64,000 bases of DNA from an uncultured Pseudomonadota bacterium (GTDB lineage Bacteria > Pseudomonadota > Alphaproteobacteria > Rs-D84 > CACZYB01), in assembly GCA_963541275.1 (NCBI GenBank), contig CAUTSC010000001.1:329879-393878 (forward strand). The letters run 5' to 3'. The notes beneath the pieces were generated by a model. It had not been told where the DNA came from. It saw nothing but the letters and a program-made list of their open reading frames with translations, and ran no database searches. Within the stretch, counting starts at the first letter, position 1; each line of letters starts with the position of its first letter. Shown piece by piece: positions 36,982 through 46,981 of the stretch. A program made the translations under genes and the position numbers.

Positions 36982-37890
36982 TTATTTTCTATTATGTGGG
37001 TGGGTTTTAAGGTAGGTTTTGGTTATTTTTGTTAGGTCGCTTTTGGTATAGATTTGAGTTGTAGAAAGTGATGAGTGTCCCAACAATTCTTGGATAGTTC
37101 GTAGATCTGTTCCATTTTTTAAAAGCGTTGTTGCAAAGCTGTGTCTTAATGTGTGAGGTGTTGTGGTTTCTTTAAATCCGTTCAGCTCTCGTGCATTTTT
37201 TATGGTTCTTTGTGCTATACGTGGGGATAATCTTGCTCCCATTGTTCCACGAAATAATGGAGAATTTGGTTTAAAATTAAAAGGTGCAATTTTTAAATAG
37301 TCATTTATTGCTGTTTTTACAATTGGCAATATTGGAACAATTCTGGTTTTATTTCCTTTTCCTGTTATTCGTAAAAAATCATTTTCTATATCAATAATAT
37401 TTAAATTTAATGCTTCACTTATTCTTAAACCTGTTGAATAAATAAGTGTGAAAAGGGCTATGTTTAATTTTGCTTGCCATTTTTGTTTGAATATTTGATT
37501 AAAGCTATTCAGCAAAGTTATAACATCTTCATTTTCAAGTACGCTTGCAATTTTTTTTGTTTGTTTTGGTGATTTCAAAATTAAAATAGCAGAATTATTT
37601 GCAATATTGTTTATTTGTAAATATTTAAAAAAGGTTTTAAGACTGCTGATATTTCTTGCTATTGTTTTGTTTGTTTTATTGTTGGTTGCAAGGTTTGTTA
37701 TAAAGCTCCTAAATTCGGCAATAGTTATGTTTTCTAAAACTTTTTTATCTGTTGTTTGTTTGTTTAGATCATTTTGTAAAAACTTGATGAAAGTTTGTAA
37801 ATCACGTTTGTAATTTGATATAGTATTTTGTGATAATCTTTTTTCAGTTTGTAAAAAAACTAGCCAATCATTTAAAATTTTCTTTATCAT
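36982..37890 (-). CDS. tyrosine recombinase XerC/XerD
   Basis: A C-terminal catalytic box, HTLRHSFATTLLKNGTDLRTIQELLGHSSLSTTQIYT, and an N-terminal SAM-like domain. Confidence 0.85.
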   Translation of the reverse strand: MIKKILNDWLVFLQTEKRLSQNTISNYKRDLQTFIKFLQNDLNKQTTDKKVLENITIAEFRSFITNLATNNKTNKTIARNISSLKTFFKYLQINNIANNSAILILKSPKQTKKIASVLENEDVITLLNSFNQIFKQKWQAKLNIALFTLIYSTGLRISEALNLNIIDIENDFLRITGKGNKTRIVPILPIVKTAINDYLKIAPFNFKPNSPLFRGTMGARLSPRIAQRTIKNARELNGFKETTTPHTLRHSFATTLLKNGTDLRTIQELLGHSSLSTTQIYTKSDLTKITKTYLKTHPHNRK

Positions 37891-37959
37891 AATTTTATTG
37901 TTTTTTTTTATTTTTGTTCTTATATTATATCATAATTATAATAAAAAGAGTATAATAAT

Positions 37960-38503
37960 ATGACAGATAATAAAATTGAAAAAGATGATATAAAAAAATA
38001 TCTTGATTTAACAGAGCAAGTTGCAAAAAATTCAAAAGATCCGTCAACACAGGTGGGGGGCAGTGATAGTTGATAAGTTGGGTAATGAAATATCAAGAGG
38101 TTGTAATAATTTTGTTGCTGGTGGGGATGAAAAATTTATGACTTGGAATTTAAGACCTATGAAATATAGTTTGGTAGTACATGCGGAAATGTCAGCAATA
38201 ATATCTGCAAAGCAAGATTTAACAGATTGTTCTATTTATACTTTGTATGCTCCATGTTCCAATTGTTTAAAACATATATTGCAAGCTGGTATAACAAAAA
38301 TATTTTATAAAAATTTGTTAGTGAATAGTCAAGCTATTATGAAATCTGATGAAAAAGAAGCTATTGCAAGATTGATCCTTTCAAAACCTGGGGTTATTTG
38401 TAAAAATTGTAATGGTGATGATTGGATAAATGAGTTAGGTATACTTGAAGACACATATATAAGCAACTCTGTAAAGAAATGTGTTTTACAAAAACAAAAA
38501 TAA
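37960..38503 (+). pseudogene. dCMP deaminase (ComEB-like) interrupted by a +1 frameshift in a G6 tract at 38055-38060
   Basis: From the ATG at 37960, frame A gives MTDNKIEKDDIKKYLDLTEQVAKNSKDPSTQVGGSDS* (stop at 38071). Frame B (38021 onward) continues ...GAVIVDKLGNE...HAEMSAI...PCSNCLKHI. Removing one G restores a single 181-aa ORF. Confidence 0.6.
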
Positions 38504-38506
38504 TTT

Positions 38507-38881
38507 TTATTCTTCATCCATGTTATCTTCATTATTATCTGTGCTTTCTTCTATATTATCAGTTTCTGTATTATCGCTTATTTTCCCTTTTGTAGTGTGT
38601 TTTGATGAATGAATTTCTTTCATTGAATAAGTTGGAACAAGGTTATATTTATCTTTTTCAACAGATTTTTTATTGTTTTTTGTTAGATAGTAAGGTTTTT
38701 GTGGTTCTTCGCCAGTTCCTTTTGCAAAATTATCATTGAAATTGTTTGTAAGTTCAGTTGTTTTTTCATCATATTTAACACGTCCTTTATCATCCATGTT
38801 ATATGTGAAACCACCAAATCTGCCGGGATTTGCAGATGCTATGTTGCTTATTAAACAAAAAATTACAGCTAAATATTTCAT
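38507..38881 (-). CDS. small secreted acidic protein (hypothetical)
   Basis: A signal peptide, MKYLAVIFCLISNIASA, and an acidic C-terminus. Confidence 0.45.
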   Translation of the reverse strand: MKYLAVIFCLISNIASANPGRFGGFTYNMDDKGRVKYDEKTTELTNNFNDNFAKGTGEEPQKPYYLTKNNKKSVEKDKYNLVPTYSMKEIHSSKHTTKGKISDNTETDNIEESTDNNEDNMDEE

Positions 38882-38936
38882 AAATTGTATTATAGCATAA
38901 TAAACTTGATTTTGTTAATAAAAAATATAGTATGTA

Positions 38937-39230
38937 AGTGGGGATAGTTGAAGAACTGCTGTATATTATAGGTATATATAGAGGAAAGTCTGGACACCTC
39001 AAGAGAAAGATAACGGATAACGTCCGTCTGTAGTAATACGAGGATTAGAGCCACAGAGACGAGTCTGGAAACAGAGTGAAACGGGCAATCTCTATCTGGT
39101 GCAAGACTAAATAGAAGGGTGTTGAGTGCTCTTGTGAACCCTTGGGTGAGTCGCATGAAATATGTAGTAATATATATTCAAGATAAATAGTTCTTTTTAA
39201 CAGAATCCAGCTTACAGACTATCCCTTGTA
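38937..39230 (+). ncRNA. rnpB: RNase P RNA (reduced type A)
   Basis: P4 5' strand is GAGGAAAGTCTGGAC and P4 3' strand is ACAGAATCCAGCTTA, with a compensatory CTGG/CCAG change versus the consensus CCGG/CCGG. P1 pairs GGGATAGT (38941) with ACTATCCC (39218). Internal ...ACAGAGTGAAACGGGCAAT... and GGTGCAAGACTAAATAGAAGGGTG blocks match conserved regions. It lies in a gap with no ORF. Confidence 0.7.
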
Positions 39231-39240
39231 GAGTTTTTAT

Positions 39241-39900
39241 ATGGTTGCAATTTCAAAGAAAATAAGAGTAAAGGTGAAAACTGCCAAGTATAGAAAAATT
39301 TCTTCTACTAGGTGGTTGGACAGACAATTAAATGATGTGTATGTGCAAAAATCAAAAGAGTTAGGTTATAGATCCAGGGCCACATTTAAAATCTTGGAAA
39401 TAGATAATAAGTTTCATATTTTTAAAACTGGGATGAAAGTTGTTGATATAGGTTCTGCCCCAGGTGGATGGAGTGATGTGATAGTTAAAAAAGTTGGAAA
39501 AAATAATATTGTTGCAATTGATATTTTGCCTATGAATGAAATTGATGGAGTTAAATTTAAACAAATTGATTTTAATGATGAAGGTGCAAAAGATTTTATA
39601 ACAGAAAGTTTACATGGAAAAGCTGATGTTGTGATGAGTGATATTGCACCAAATACAACTGGAAATGTTAGCTTGGATCATTTACAAATAATGGCACTTG
39701 TTGAGCAAGCTTTTAATTTTGCAATAACAATTTTAAAACAAAATGGAAGTTTTATTGCAAAGGTAAGGCAAGGGGGGACCGAAAATCAACTTCTTACAGA
39801 AATAAAACAAAACTTTAAAATTGTAAAACATTTTAAACCAGAATCATCAAGAAAAGAAAGCAGCGAGACTTATCTTATCGCAATGGGATTTAAAGCTTAA
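39241..39900 (+). CDS. rlmE: 23S rRNA (uridine2552-2'-O)-methyltransferase
   Basis: The FtsJ motifs RSRATFKILEID and VVDIGSAPGGWS, then DVVMSDIAPN. Confidence 0.85.
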   Translation: MVAISKKIRVKVKTAKYRKISSTRWLDRQLNDVYVQKSKELGYRSRATFKILEIDNKFHIFKTGMKVVDIGSAPGGWSDVIVKKVGKNNIVAIDILPMNEIDGVKFKQIDFNDEGAKDFITESLHGKADVVMSDIAPNTTGNVSLDHLQIMALVEQAFNFAITILKQNGSFIAKVRQGGTENQLLTEIKQNFKIVKHFKPESSRKESSETYLIAMGFKA

Positions 39901-39908
39901 GTTTGAAA

Positions 39909-41642
39909 TTATTCAACTCTTACAGCAGGTGGTCTTACACAATAAACACAAGTTAGTTTTTTATTAAATAACATCCATGAAGTATTCGATGGACAACATC
40001 TTTCTTTTGCTCCATTTATTGATGCAAGTGGTGGCAATTTATTATTGCACCATTTTGTATAACATTGACCATCAATTAAAACTTGGTATTCTGTGGAACA
40101 ACCTTTTGGAAAACATTTTCCCATATTTGTTTGGCTGCAATTACCAATAGTGATATTTGTTATATCCATTCCACAAGAATGCTTTTGTCTTTCAGATGTT
40201 ATTTTGCAAGCATTGTTATAAGAATTGGAATCACAATTAAAACAATTCCATACTCTGGTCGTTTTATTATATGAAAGTCCCCAATTATTTTCATTAAAAG
40301 TTCCTCCCTTGATTTTATCAATTTGTTCAGGAGTACAATTTGAAAAACAACTTTCTATTTTTTTATCATTTTTCTTTTTGTCTTTATCACCTATCAATTC
40401 ATCTATAAGAGTAGAATTCAGATCTTTAAATTCTGGATAAGGTTTGCATTGCCATTTTTTATCTTTAAATTCTGTTGTTTCACAAACAGAACAATTTTCA
40501 ATTGCGTTGGAATTTTTTTTGTATGCAAGTTCGCATATTGGTTTATTCATTGATGCTTGTCCACTTTTTACAATTTCTCCATCTGTTTCTTTATCTATAT
40601 TCTTAACACCTAAATATCTATAGTCGCCTTGGCTTTTCTTCTTACATTCTTCTATATATTTTTCTTTATTGTGTACGCAATAAAATTTATTTGATTTATA
40701 TTTTGGGAACCAAGCATCTGTAATTGACAGCTCTGTAAAAATATTCTTGCCCTTGTCATCATTAAAAATCATAAATCCATTTTTATTTTGGCAAAATTCT
40801 GTTCCATCAGAGCAAGTATAAAATCTTGTTTGTGAGTTCCAAACCGTTTTTTGTGGAGCGGTACAACCAATAGAAACAGATTCTTTTGCACAGCAATATT
40901 TATACTCGGAGATCTTGGTACAATTTTCTTTACCTTTTGCTTCACTTGCTGTGTATTCATTTTCGTGGTTGGTACAAGGTTTTACATTAGAAGCGTTAAC
41001 ACATTTAAAAGTATTATCCGCTTGTTTTAAAGCATATTCACCTTCTTTACACTTATAAAGAGTATTTATGTTTGAAAGTTCTTGTTGTTTTATACAAGAA
41101 ACAAGACCTATTCCTATTACTTGTTCTTTATCATTTGCTGGTGTTGGTTTATTATCTGGCATAATAACATATTTACCATCTGCTTTATTTTCATTATCTT
41201 TTAATATAAACAGACCTTTTTGTAAGATCTGGGATGTAAGATACATATCTTTTTTATTTAAAATTTTCCAAGTGGTAGTTGAAAGACAATGTTCACTAAC
41301 ATCTGGTGAAATTTGATCATTTTGTTTACATTCAACATTATCACCTGCAGTATTTATACAATATTTTTTTATGGATATATTTTCATCACCTTGGCAAGAA
41401 AAAGATTTATTATTTGTGATGATTGCTTTTAAATCTTCTTGATATTCATATGCTGTACTATTAGCAAGAGATGTTCTGTCGTTTGTGAATGCTTTTTCAT
41501 GAAATTGTTTTATACAATTTATATTTGCATTTAACAATAATTCTTGTTTATCAAGCTTTGTATTGCTGTCTGTTCTTTTTGAAACAAAATATTGATAAGA
41601 TGCAAGCATCAAACCCATTATAAGTATAATAAAAATATTCAC
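39909..41642 (-). CDS. large Cys-rich secreted/surface protein (hypothetical; about 50 Cys in 577 aa)
   Basis: An N-terminal signal/anchor, MNIFIILIMGLMLASYQYF, and no recognisable enzymatic motif. Confidence 0.45.
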   Translation of the reverse strand: MNIFIILIMGLMLASYQYFVSKRTDSNTKLDKQELLLNANINCIKQFHEKAFTNDRTSLANSTAYEYQEDLKAIITNNKSFSCQGDENISIKKYCINTAGDNVECKQNDQISPDVSEHCLSTTTWKILNKKDMYLTSQILQKGLFILKDNENKADGKYVIMPDNKPTPANDKEQVIGIGLVSCIKQQELSNINTLYKCKEGEYALKQADNTFKCVNASNVKPCTNHENEYTASEAKGKENCTKISEYKYCCAKESVSIGCTAPQKTVWNSQTRFYTCSDGTEFCQNKNGFMIFNDDKGKNIFTELSITDAWFPKYKSNKFYCVHNKEKYIEECKKKSQGDYRYLGVKNIDKETDGEIVKSGQASMNKPICELAYKKNSNAIENCSVCETTEFKDKKWQCKPYPEFKDLNSTLIDELIGDKDKKKNDKKIESCFSNCTPEQIDKIKGGTFNENNWGLSYNKTTRVWNCFNCDSNSYNNACKITSERQKHSCGMDITNITIGNCSQTNMGKCFPKGCSTEYQVLIDGQCYTKWCNNKLPPLASINGAKERCCPSNTSWMLFNKKLTCVYCVRPPAVRVE

Positions 41643-41745
41643 CTTTGACTCCTTATTTTCCTATTTTATTTTTATATTAAAATTTTAGTTTAAAATCAAT
41701 ATAATTTTGTTGTTTTAAAATTTATTTTATATCATTATAAAAATA

Positions 41746-42720
41746 TTGAGAGATTATAAAATGTATAAAAATTTACGAAATAATTTTATGCTTATTTTTG
41801 TGTTTGGAATTTTATTTTTTACTTATTTTTTATATATTCCAGTTGTAAGACAAGATGTTATGATTGAACTTCCGAAGGGAGTTGTTTTACAAAAAGTGAT
41901 AGATGATTTATATAACAGAAAAATCATAACTTTTAAATTCCCACTTAAATTTTGGATGTATTTTACCTGGAATCAGAATGGGTTGAAAATAGGGGAATAT
42001 AAAATACTTAAAAACAGCTCTGTAAATGATATAAAAAATGTTATTACCAGTGGCAGGATTTATAATAAATTTATTACAATTCCAGAGGGGTTAACGATAA
42101 AACAAATAAAGGAAATTTTAAATAATAATCTGGAAATAGAGGGAAAAATTTCAATTGATATAAAGGAAGGAACTTTGCTGCCTCAAACTTATGCATATAA
42201 TAAATCAATAACAAAAAATGATATAATAATAAAAATGCAAGATGCTATGGTTGAAGTTTTGGATAAAGAATGGAAAAAACGTGATGAAAATTTACCACTT
42301 AAAACAAAAGAGGAAGCATTAATTTTGGCATCAATTGTTGAAAAAGAAACTGGTATAAGAGAAGAGCGGGGACTTGTTGCATCGGTGTTTATAAACAGGT
42401 TAAGAAAAAATATGAGACTGCAAAGTGATCCAACCATTGTCTATGCTATAACAAATAAATATGGGAATATGAAAGGAAAAAGATTGTATTCTTCTCAGTT
42501 GAAAATAAATTCTCCTTTTAATACCTATAAAATCAAAGGTTTACCAATAACAGCAATTTGCAATCCCGGGATTGAAAGTATAAAAGCAGTTTTACATCCA
42601 ATAAAAACAGATTATTTATATTTTGTTGCAGATGGAACGGGAGGCCATAAATTCGCATCCACTTTGGATGAACATAATGAAAATGTTAAAGTTTGGAGGA
42701 AAATAAAAAATAATTTATAA
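41746..42720 (+). CDS. mltG: endolytic murein transglycosylase MltG (YceG family)
   Basis: An N-terminal TM segment, then IPEGLTIKQI and the LQSDPTIVYA motif typical of YceG/MltG. Confidence 0.7.
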   Translation: MRDYKMYKNLRNNFMLIFVFGILFFTYFLYIPVVRQDVMIELPKGVVLQKVIDDLYNRKIITFKFPLKFWMYFTWNQNGLKIGEYKILKNSSVNDIKNVITSGRIYNKFITIPEGLTIKQIKEILNNNLEIEGKISIDIKEGTLLPQTYAYNKSITKNDIIIKMQDAMVEVLDKEWKKRDENLPLKTKEEALILASIVEKETGIREERGLVASVFINRLRKNMRLQSDPTIVYAITNKYGNMKGKRLYSSQLKINSPFNTYKIKGLPITAICNPGIESIKAVLHPIKTDYLYFVADGTGGHKFASTLDEHNENVKVWRKIKNNL

Positions 42721-42765
42721 ATGTGTTGACTTTTTTATAAATTATGATATATTTCCCTTTGTTTT

Positions 42766-42841
42766 GGGTGATTAGCTCAGTCGGTAGAGCAACTGACTTT
42801 TAATCAGTGGGTCACAGGTTCGAATCCTGTATCACCCACCA
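42766..42841 (+). tRNA. tRNA-Lys (anticodon TTT)
   Basis: GGGTGATTAGCTCAGTCGGTAGAGCAACTGACTTTTAATCAGTGGGTCACAGGTTCGAATCCTGTATCACCCACCA folds into a cloverleaf, with anticodon loop CTTTTAA and an encoded CCA. Confidence 0.9.
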
Positions 42842-43070
42842 TTTTTTTTTGTATGTAAAATCAATAACTTGCAATGTTTTAATACTTTTAGAATTTTATC
42901 TATAAAAACTCCGTTGCCTAATTTAAAAACAATAAAATTAATTATCACAGCTTTTGTTAAAAGCTTTAATTAGAAACTTTTTTTCAAATATTAATAAAAA
43001 AATCTTGATATTAAAAGTAAGTTTTGTTATACTATTCATACGAATCATACTTGAACCTAGAGGAGAAAAA

Positions 43071-43295
43071 ATGAAACACCCAGAGGGAAAATACGCTTGG
43101 ACTGTTAAGGTAGGAGAAAAGGGTCAGTTTGTTATACCAAAAGAAGCCCGTGATGTTTTTAATATTAAACCTGGTGATACTTTAATAGTTCTTGCAGATA
43201 TAAATAAAGGGATTGCCATTCCACCTAAACATGAGTTTGCATATTTGATGGATACTATTTTCAATCAAAATACAAAAGAGGAGGACAAAGAATGA
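43071..43295 (+). CDS. AbrB/MazE/SpoVT-family DNA-binding protein
   Basis: MKHPEGKYAWTVKVGEKGQFVIPKEARDVFNIKPGDTLIVL is a swapped-hairpin AbrB-like domain. An AGGAG RBS and a TTGATA-17-TATACT promoter lie upstream. The track start 42954 is rejected. Confidence 0.65.
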   Translation: MKHPEGKYAWTVKVGEKGQFVIPKEARDVFNIKPGDTLIVLADINKGIAIPPKHEFAYLMDTIFNQNTKEEDKE

Positions 43296-44017
43296 ATGCT
43301 ATTATCATAAAAAATCTTACAAAAAAATATGGAAATGTGCTTGCAGTAAATAATCTTAATTTGACTATTAAAGCGGGAGAATTATTTGCTTTGCTTGGTG
43401 TAAATGGTGCAGGAAAAACCACGACAATTAAAATGTTATCTTGCCTTATAAAACCAACAAGTGGTGATGCTTTTCTTCTTGGAGATAGTATTATCTCAAA
43501 TCTGCATGCAATAAAAGAAAAAATCAATATTTCACCACAAGAAACGGCAATAGCCGCAAATTTATCAGTACTGGAAAATTTAAAACTTATCGCTGGAATA
43601 TACGGACAAGATGACAAAATAGCAAATAACAATGCTTATGAAATAGCAGAAAAATTTGGTTTGAAAAATGAATTAAATAAAAGGGCTAAAAATTTATCTG
43701 GTGGAATGCAACGTCGTCTTGCTATTGCTATGGCTTTGATTTCCAAACCTAAAATTTTATTTTTGGATGAACCTACACTGGGAATTGATGTCTTGGCTAG
43801 GCGTGAATTGTGGGCTTCTATCAAATCATTAAAAGGAAAAATTACAATAATTCTTACCACTCATTATATGGATGAGGTTGAAAATTTATCTGATCGCGTG
43901 GGGATAATGGCTGCTGGAAAATTGATTGCCGTTGGAACTGTGGCAGAGTTAACCAAACAAACAGGTACTTTGAAATTAGAAGATGTTTTTGTTGCTCTTG
44001 TAGGAGGTGTGATATGA
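43292..44017 (+). CDS. ABC transporter ATP-binding protein
   Basis: Walker A GVNGAGKTT, signature LSGGMQRRL and Walker B ILFLDEPT. It overlaps the upstream gene by 4 nt. Confidence 0.85.
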   Translation: MNAIIIKNLTKKYGNVLAVNNLNLTIKAGELFALLGVNGAGKTTTIKMLSCLIKPTSGDAFLLGDSIISNLHAIKEKINISPQETAIAANLSVLENLKLIAGIYGQDDKIANNNAYEIAEKFGLKNELNKRAKNLSGGMQRRLAIAMALISKPKILFLDEPTLGIDVLARRELWASIKSLKGKITIILTTHYMDEVENLSDRVGIMAAGKLIAVGTVAELTKQTGTLKLEDVFVALVGGVI

Positions 44018-44763
44018 GAATGTTTTTATTTGCAAAACGTAATATAAAAGAAATTTTACGTGATCCTGTAAATCTTTTTTTTAGTCTCGGTTTCCCGCTT
44101 GTTTTATTGGTTTTGTTATCTATTATCAATGCTGCTATTCCACCAGAGGTAAAAAATACTATGTTTCAAATAAAAAATCTTGCACCAGGTCTTGCAATGT
44201 TTGGTAGTGTGTTTATGGCATTATTTGCAGGTATGTTGTTATCAAAAGATAGGACATCATCTTTTTTGATGCGTTTGTTTACATCTCCAATGACTGCAAA
44301 GGATTTTATTTTGGGCTATACTTTGCCTATGATAGTTATGACAATAATGCAAGCAACAATAACATTATTGGTGGCTGGATTTTTTGGATTTGATATAAAT
44401 GTCAATATTATTTTTGCAATTATTATGACAGCATTAAGTTCATTGTTTTTTATCGGTACAGGTTTATTTTTTGGAAGTATTTTGAATGATAAAGCGGTCA
44501 GTGGTGTTTGTGGAGCGTTATTAACCAATATTGCAGGTTGGTTGTCTGGAGTTTTTATTCCTGTTGATTTAATAGGGGGTACTTTTAAAACAATAACACA
44601 TATGTTGCCATTTTATCACAGCGTTGAAGTAATAAGAATAAGTTTAAGTGGCAATTTCAATTCTATTTTTACTCATTTGATTATTGTTGTGGGATATATA
44701 GTTGTTATTTTCACCCTTGCCATCATGACTTTCAATCGCAAAATGACCGGTGAAAAAGAGTAA
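44014..44763 (+). CDS. ABC-2 type transporter permease
   Basis: Six TM segments, and it overlaps the ATPase stop. Confidence 0.7.
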   Translation: MRMFLFAKRNIKEILRDPVNLFFSLGFPLVLLVLLSIINAAIPPEVKNTMFQIKNLAPGLAMFGSVFMALFAGMLLSKDRTSSFLMRLFTSPMTAKDFILGYTLPMIVMTIMQATITLLVAGFFGFDINVNIIFAIIMTALSSLFFIGTGLFFGSILNDKAVSGVCGALLTNIAGWLSGVFIPVDLIGGTFKTITHMLPFYHSVEVIRISLSGNFNSIFTHLIIVVGYIVVIFTLAIMTFNRKMTGEKE

Positions 44764-44790
44764 AATTAACACCCTAGTAATCAATAAGAA

Positions 44791-45903
44791 TTGTTTCACA
44801 AGTTTGTAAGGATATACTTTGCTCTGTCCCGTTTTTATCTAATATTTTTTTATTGCATTCTACTTTATATCCACATACACTTTTATAAAATACAGGAGAG
44901 AGAGATGAGAAATAGTTTAGAAAAAATCACAACTGATAAAAATGTAGTTGAAAAATTGTATGATGGTGCGCACATCTCTATGGAAACAAGACAAATGTTG
45001 CTTGATTTATTGTATCCAAACGACAAGTTGGGGTTGTGGGTTTCAAGGATTTTGATGTTGCTTGGACTTGTTCTTACTTTTACAGGAGTTATTTACTTTT
45101 TTGCTTTTAATTGGGTCAAACTTACACCTAGCACAAAATTTGCTTTAATAGAGACAGCAATGTATTGTTGTTTAGCGTTTGCAAACAGAGTGAAAAAGGA
45201 AAATGTCAGTAAAATTTTTTTATTATCAGCAAGTATTTTTGTTGGTATATTTATGGCTGTGTTTGGTCAAATATATCAAACTGGGGCAAACGCATATGAA
45301 CTTTTTCTTAATTGGTCAGCACTTATTTTTATTTGGACTATTATATCAAAATACGCTCCACAATGGATATTGTGGCTTCTTATTACAAACATAAGTTTTA
45401 TATTATGGTGGCAACAATCTGGATATGCTGGAAAAATATATTGGATGATTTATACATACCTTATACTATTTGATGGATTTTTTCTTGCTTTAAGAGAATT
45501 TTTAGCAAACAAAAAACATTATGAATTTTTAAAAGCAGAGTGGACAAGAGAATTTATTTTTGTGCCTGTTTCTATTATGGTATCTATTCCTATTATAGTT
45601 TGGATTCTTGATTGGGACAAAGCTGCTATTTCTTGGATGATAAGTGGAATAGTTGGAATAATAACCTATAGCATAATGTTTTATGTTTATCGTTATAAAT
45701 TATGTGATATAAAATCCATAGCATCCATTGTTTTATCAAGTTGTGTTATATTTGATACTTTTATTTATAAGCTGCTGGATATGTTTATAAAAGATAGAGT
45801 ATTGTTAATGTTTTTAATGTCTATTGCTACACTTATTATCTGTGTTTTTGGAGTAAATTACATAACAACAATAATGAAAAGAAAGGAATTTAAAAATGCT
45901 TAA
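44791..45903 (+). CDS. DUF2157-like integral membrane protein
   Basis: It is polytopic. The short cytoplasmic N-domain is MRNSLEKITTDKNVVEKLYDGAHISMETRQMLLDL. It is the first of the conserved DUF2157/DUF4401/GDYXXLXY triad. The true start may be 44906. Confidence 0.5.
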   Translation: MFHKFVRIYFALSRFYLIFFYCILLYIHIHFYKIQEREMRNSLEKITTDKNVVEKLYDGAHISMETRQMLLDLLYPNDKLGLWVSRILMLLGLVLTFTGVIYFFAFNWVKLTPSTKFALIETAMYCCLAFANRVKKENVSKIFLLSASIFVGIFMAVFGQIYQTGANAYELFLNWSALIFIWTIISKYAPQWILWLLITNISFILWWQQSGYAGKIYWMIYTYLILFDGFFLALREFLANKKHYEFLKAEWTREFIFVPVSIMVSIPIIVWILDWDKAAISWMISGIVGIITYSIMFYVYRYKLCDIKSIASIVLSSCVIFDTFIYKLLDMFIKDRVLLMFLMSIATLIICVFGVNYITTIMKRKEFKNA

Positions 45904-46981
45904 AAAAATAAATATAAAAAATGCTTTTCTTTTATTTGAATTTTTAAAAAGTAAAAAATTATTAAAAAATGAAAAACTAGCACAAAAAACCATTATTGTA
46001 AAAGAAGATGAAAAAGTGCAAGCTTATACAAAAGGTTTCCTTGGATTTGGTGCATTTTTAACTGCACTTTGCATAATGGGAATTTTGCATACAATAAATT
46101 TAGTAAGTTATAATAATACTATAGAGCTTTTTATTTGGGGACTACTATTTATTGTTTTTGCCATTTTATTTAAAAGATCCGCAGGTGATGATAAAGCTAC
46201 AAAAGAATATAGTTTTATAATACAACTTTCATTTGCATTCATGTTTATTGGAAAGTTTTATTTTGTTTGGGGATTTACAGATTTGATTGATACTGATGAG
46301 CCGCCTTATGCAGGATTATTGCTTGCAACTTTGTTGACTTATAATACATATAAAATGCCAGGGGACAGATTTTTATCAACGTTTATAACTTTGATGGCTA
46401 TGTTAATTTCTATAAAAAAAGCATGGATATATAATGTGTTTTTCTTATTCCAGCTTATGATTACGGGATTTTTATTAACAAACAAAAAATTAAAATCAGA
46501 TTATATGCCACTTGCAAAAGCTTTTGTCATGTCGTTTGCAATAACTACTTGGTGGCTAGTTGGAAATCCAGCAAACAGATATTGGGAAATTGGGCAATTA
46601 GGGAATTTATATTTTATAAAAATATCATTGGTGATTAGTTTTATTATGCTATTTTTTACAATTCCAAAAGATATAAAAAAAATAAAAATGGAACCTTTTT
46701 TACTTGCATCTGTTTTATCAATACTACTTGGTATTATTCCAGGAATTTTGCTTGGTATTATTTTAATGTTGCTTGGTTATTTAAAACATGAAAAATTTCT
46801 TATAAGTGTTGGAGGAATTTTCATTCCAATATGCTTATTTACTTTTTATTATAATCTGGATATTACACTTATGACAAAATCAATAATTCTTATTATAAAT
46901 GGAATTGTTTTGATACTGGGAAGTTTTTACATGAAACACAAAGGATGGGATAAAGGAGAAAATTTATGCATAAAAAAATAA
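45896..46981 (+). CDS. DUF4401-like integral membrane protein
   Basis: It has 10 or more TM segments and overlaps its neighbours on both sides. Confidence 0.45.
   Translation: MLKKINIKNAFLLFEFLKSKKLLKNEKLAQKTIIVKEDEKVQAYTKGFLGFGAFLTALCIMGILHTINLVSYNNTIELFIWGLLFIVFAILFKRSAGDDKATKEYSFIIQLSFAFMFIGKFYFVWGFTDLIDTDEPPYAGLLLATLLTYNTYKMPGDRFLSTFITLMAMLISIKKAWIYNVFFLFQLMITGFLLTNKKLKSDYMPLAKAFVMSFAITTWWLVGNPANRYWEIGQLGNLYFIKISLVISFIMLFFTIPKDIKKIKMEPFLLASVLSILLGIIPGILLGIILMLLGYLKHEKFLISVGGIFIPICLFTFYYNLDITLMTKSIILIINGIVLILGSFYMKHKGWDKGENLCIKK

Noticed and set aside
36982-37890. xerC/D as a marker of an integrated mobile element
   Set aside because: The sequence has the XerCD-type C-terminal box. The neighbouring genes (a secreted paralog and dCMP deaminase) are not phage or ICE genes. 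No att-like direct repeats were noticed.
38799-39156. ORFs 38799..39002 and 38890..39156 (minus strand)
   Set aside because: They overlap the rnpB RNA gene and the end of the small secreted protein gene. The conserved RNase P motifs explain the region.
42954-43070. 117-nt N-terminal extension of the AbrB-like ORF (MLKALIRNFF...)
   Set aside because: The extension is hydrophobic nonsense overlapping the promoter. A strong AGGAG RBS precedes the internal Met at 43071.
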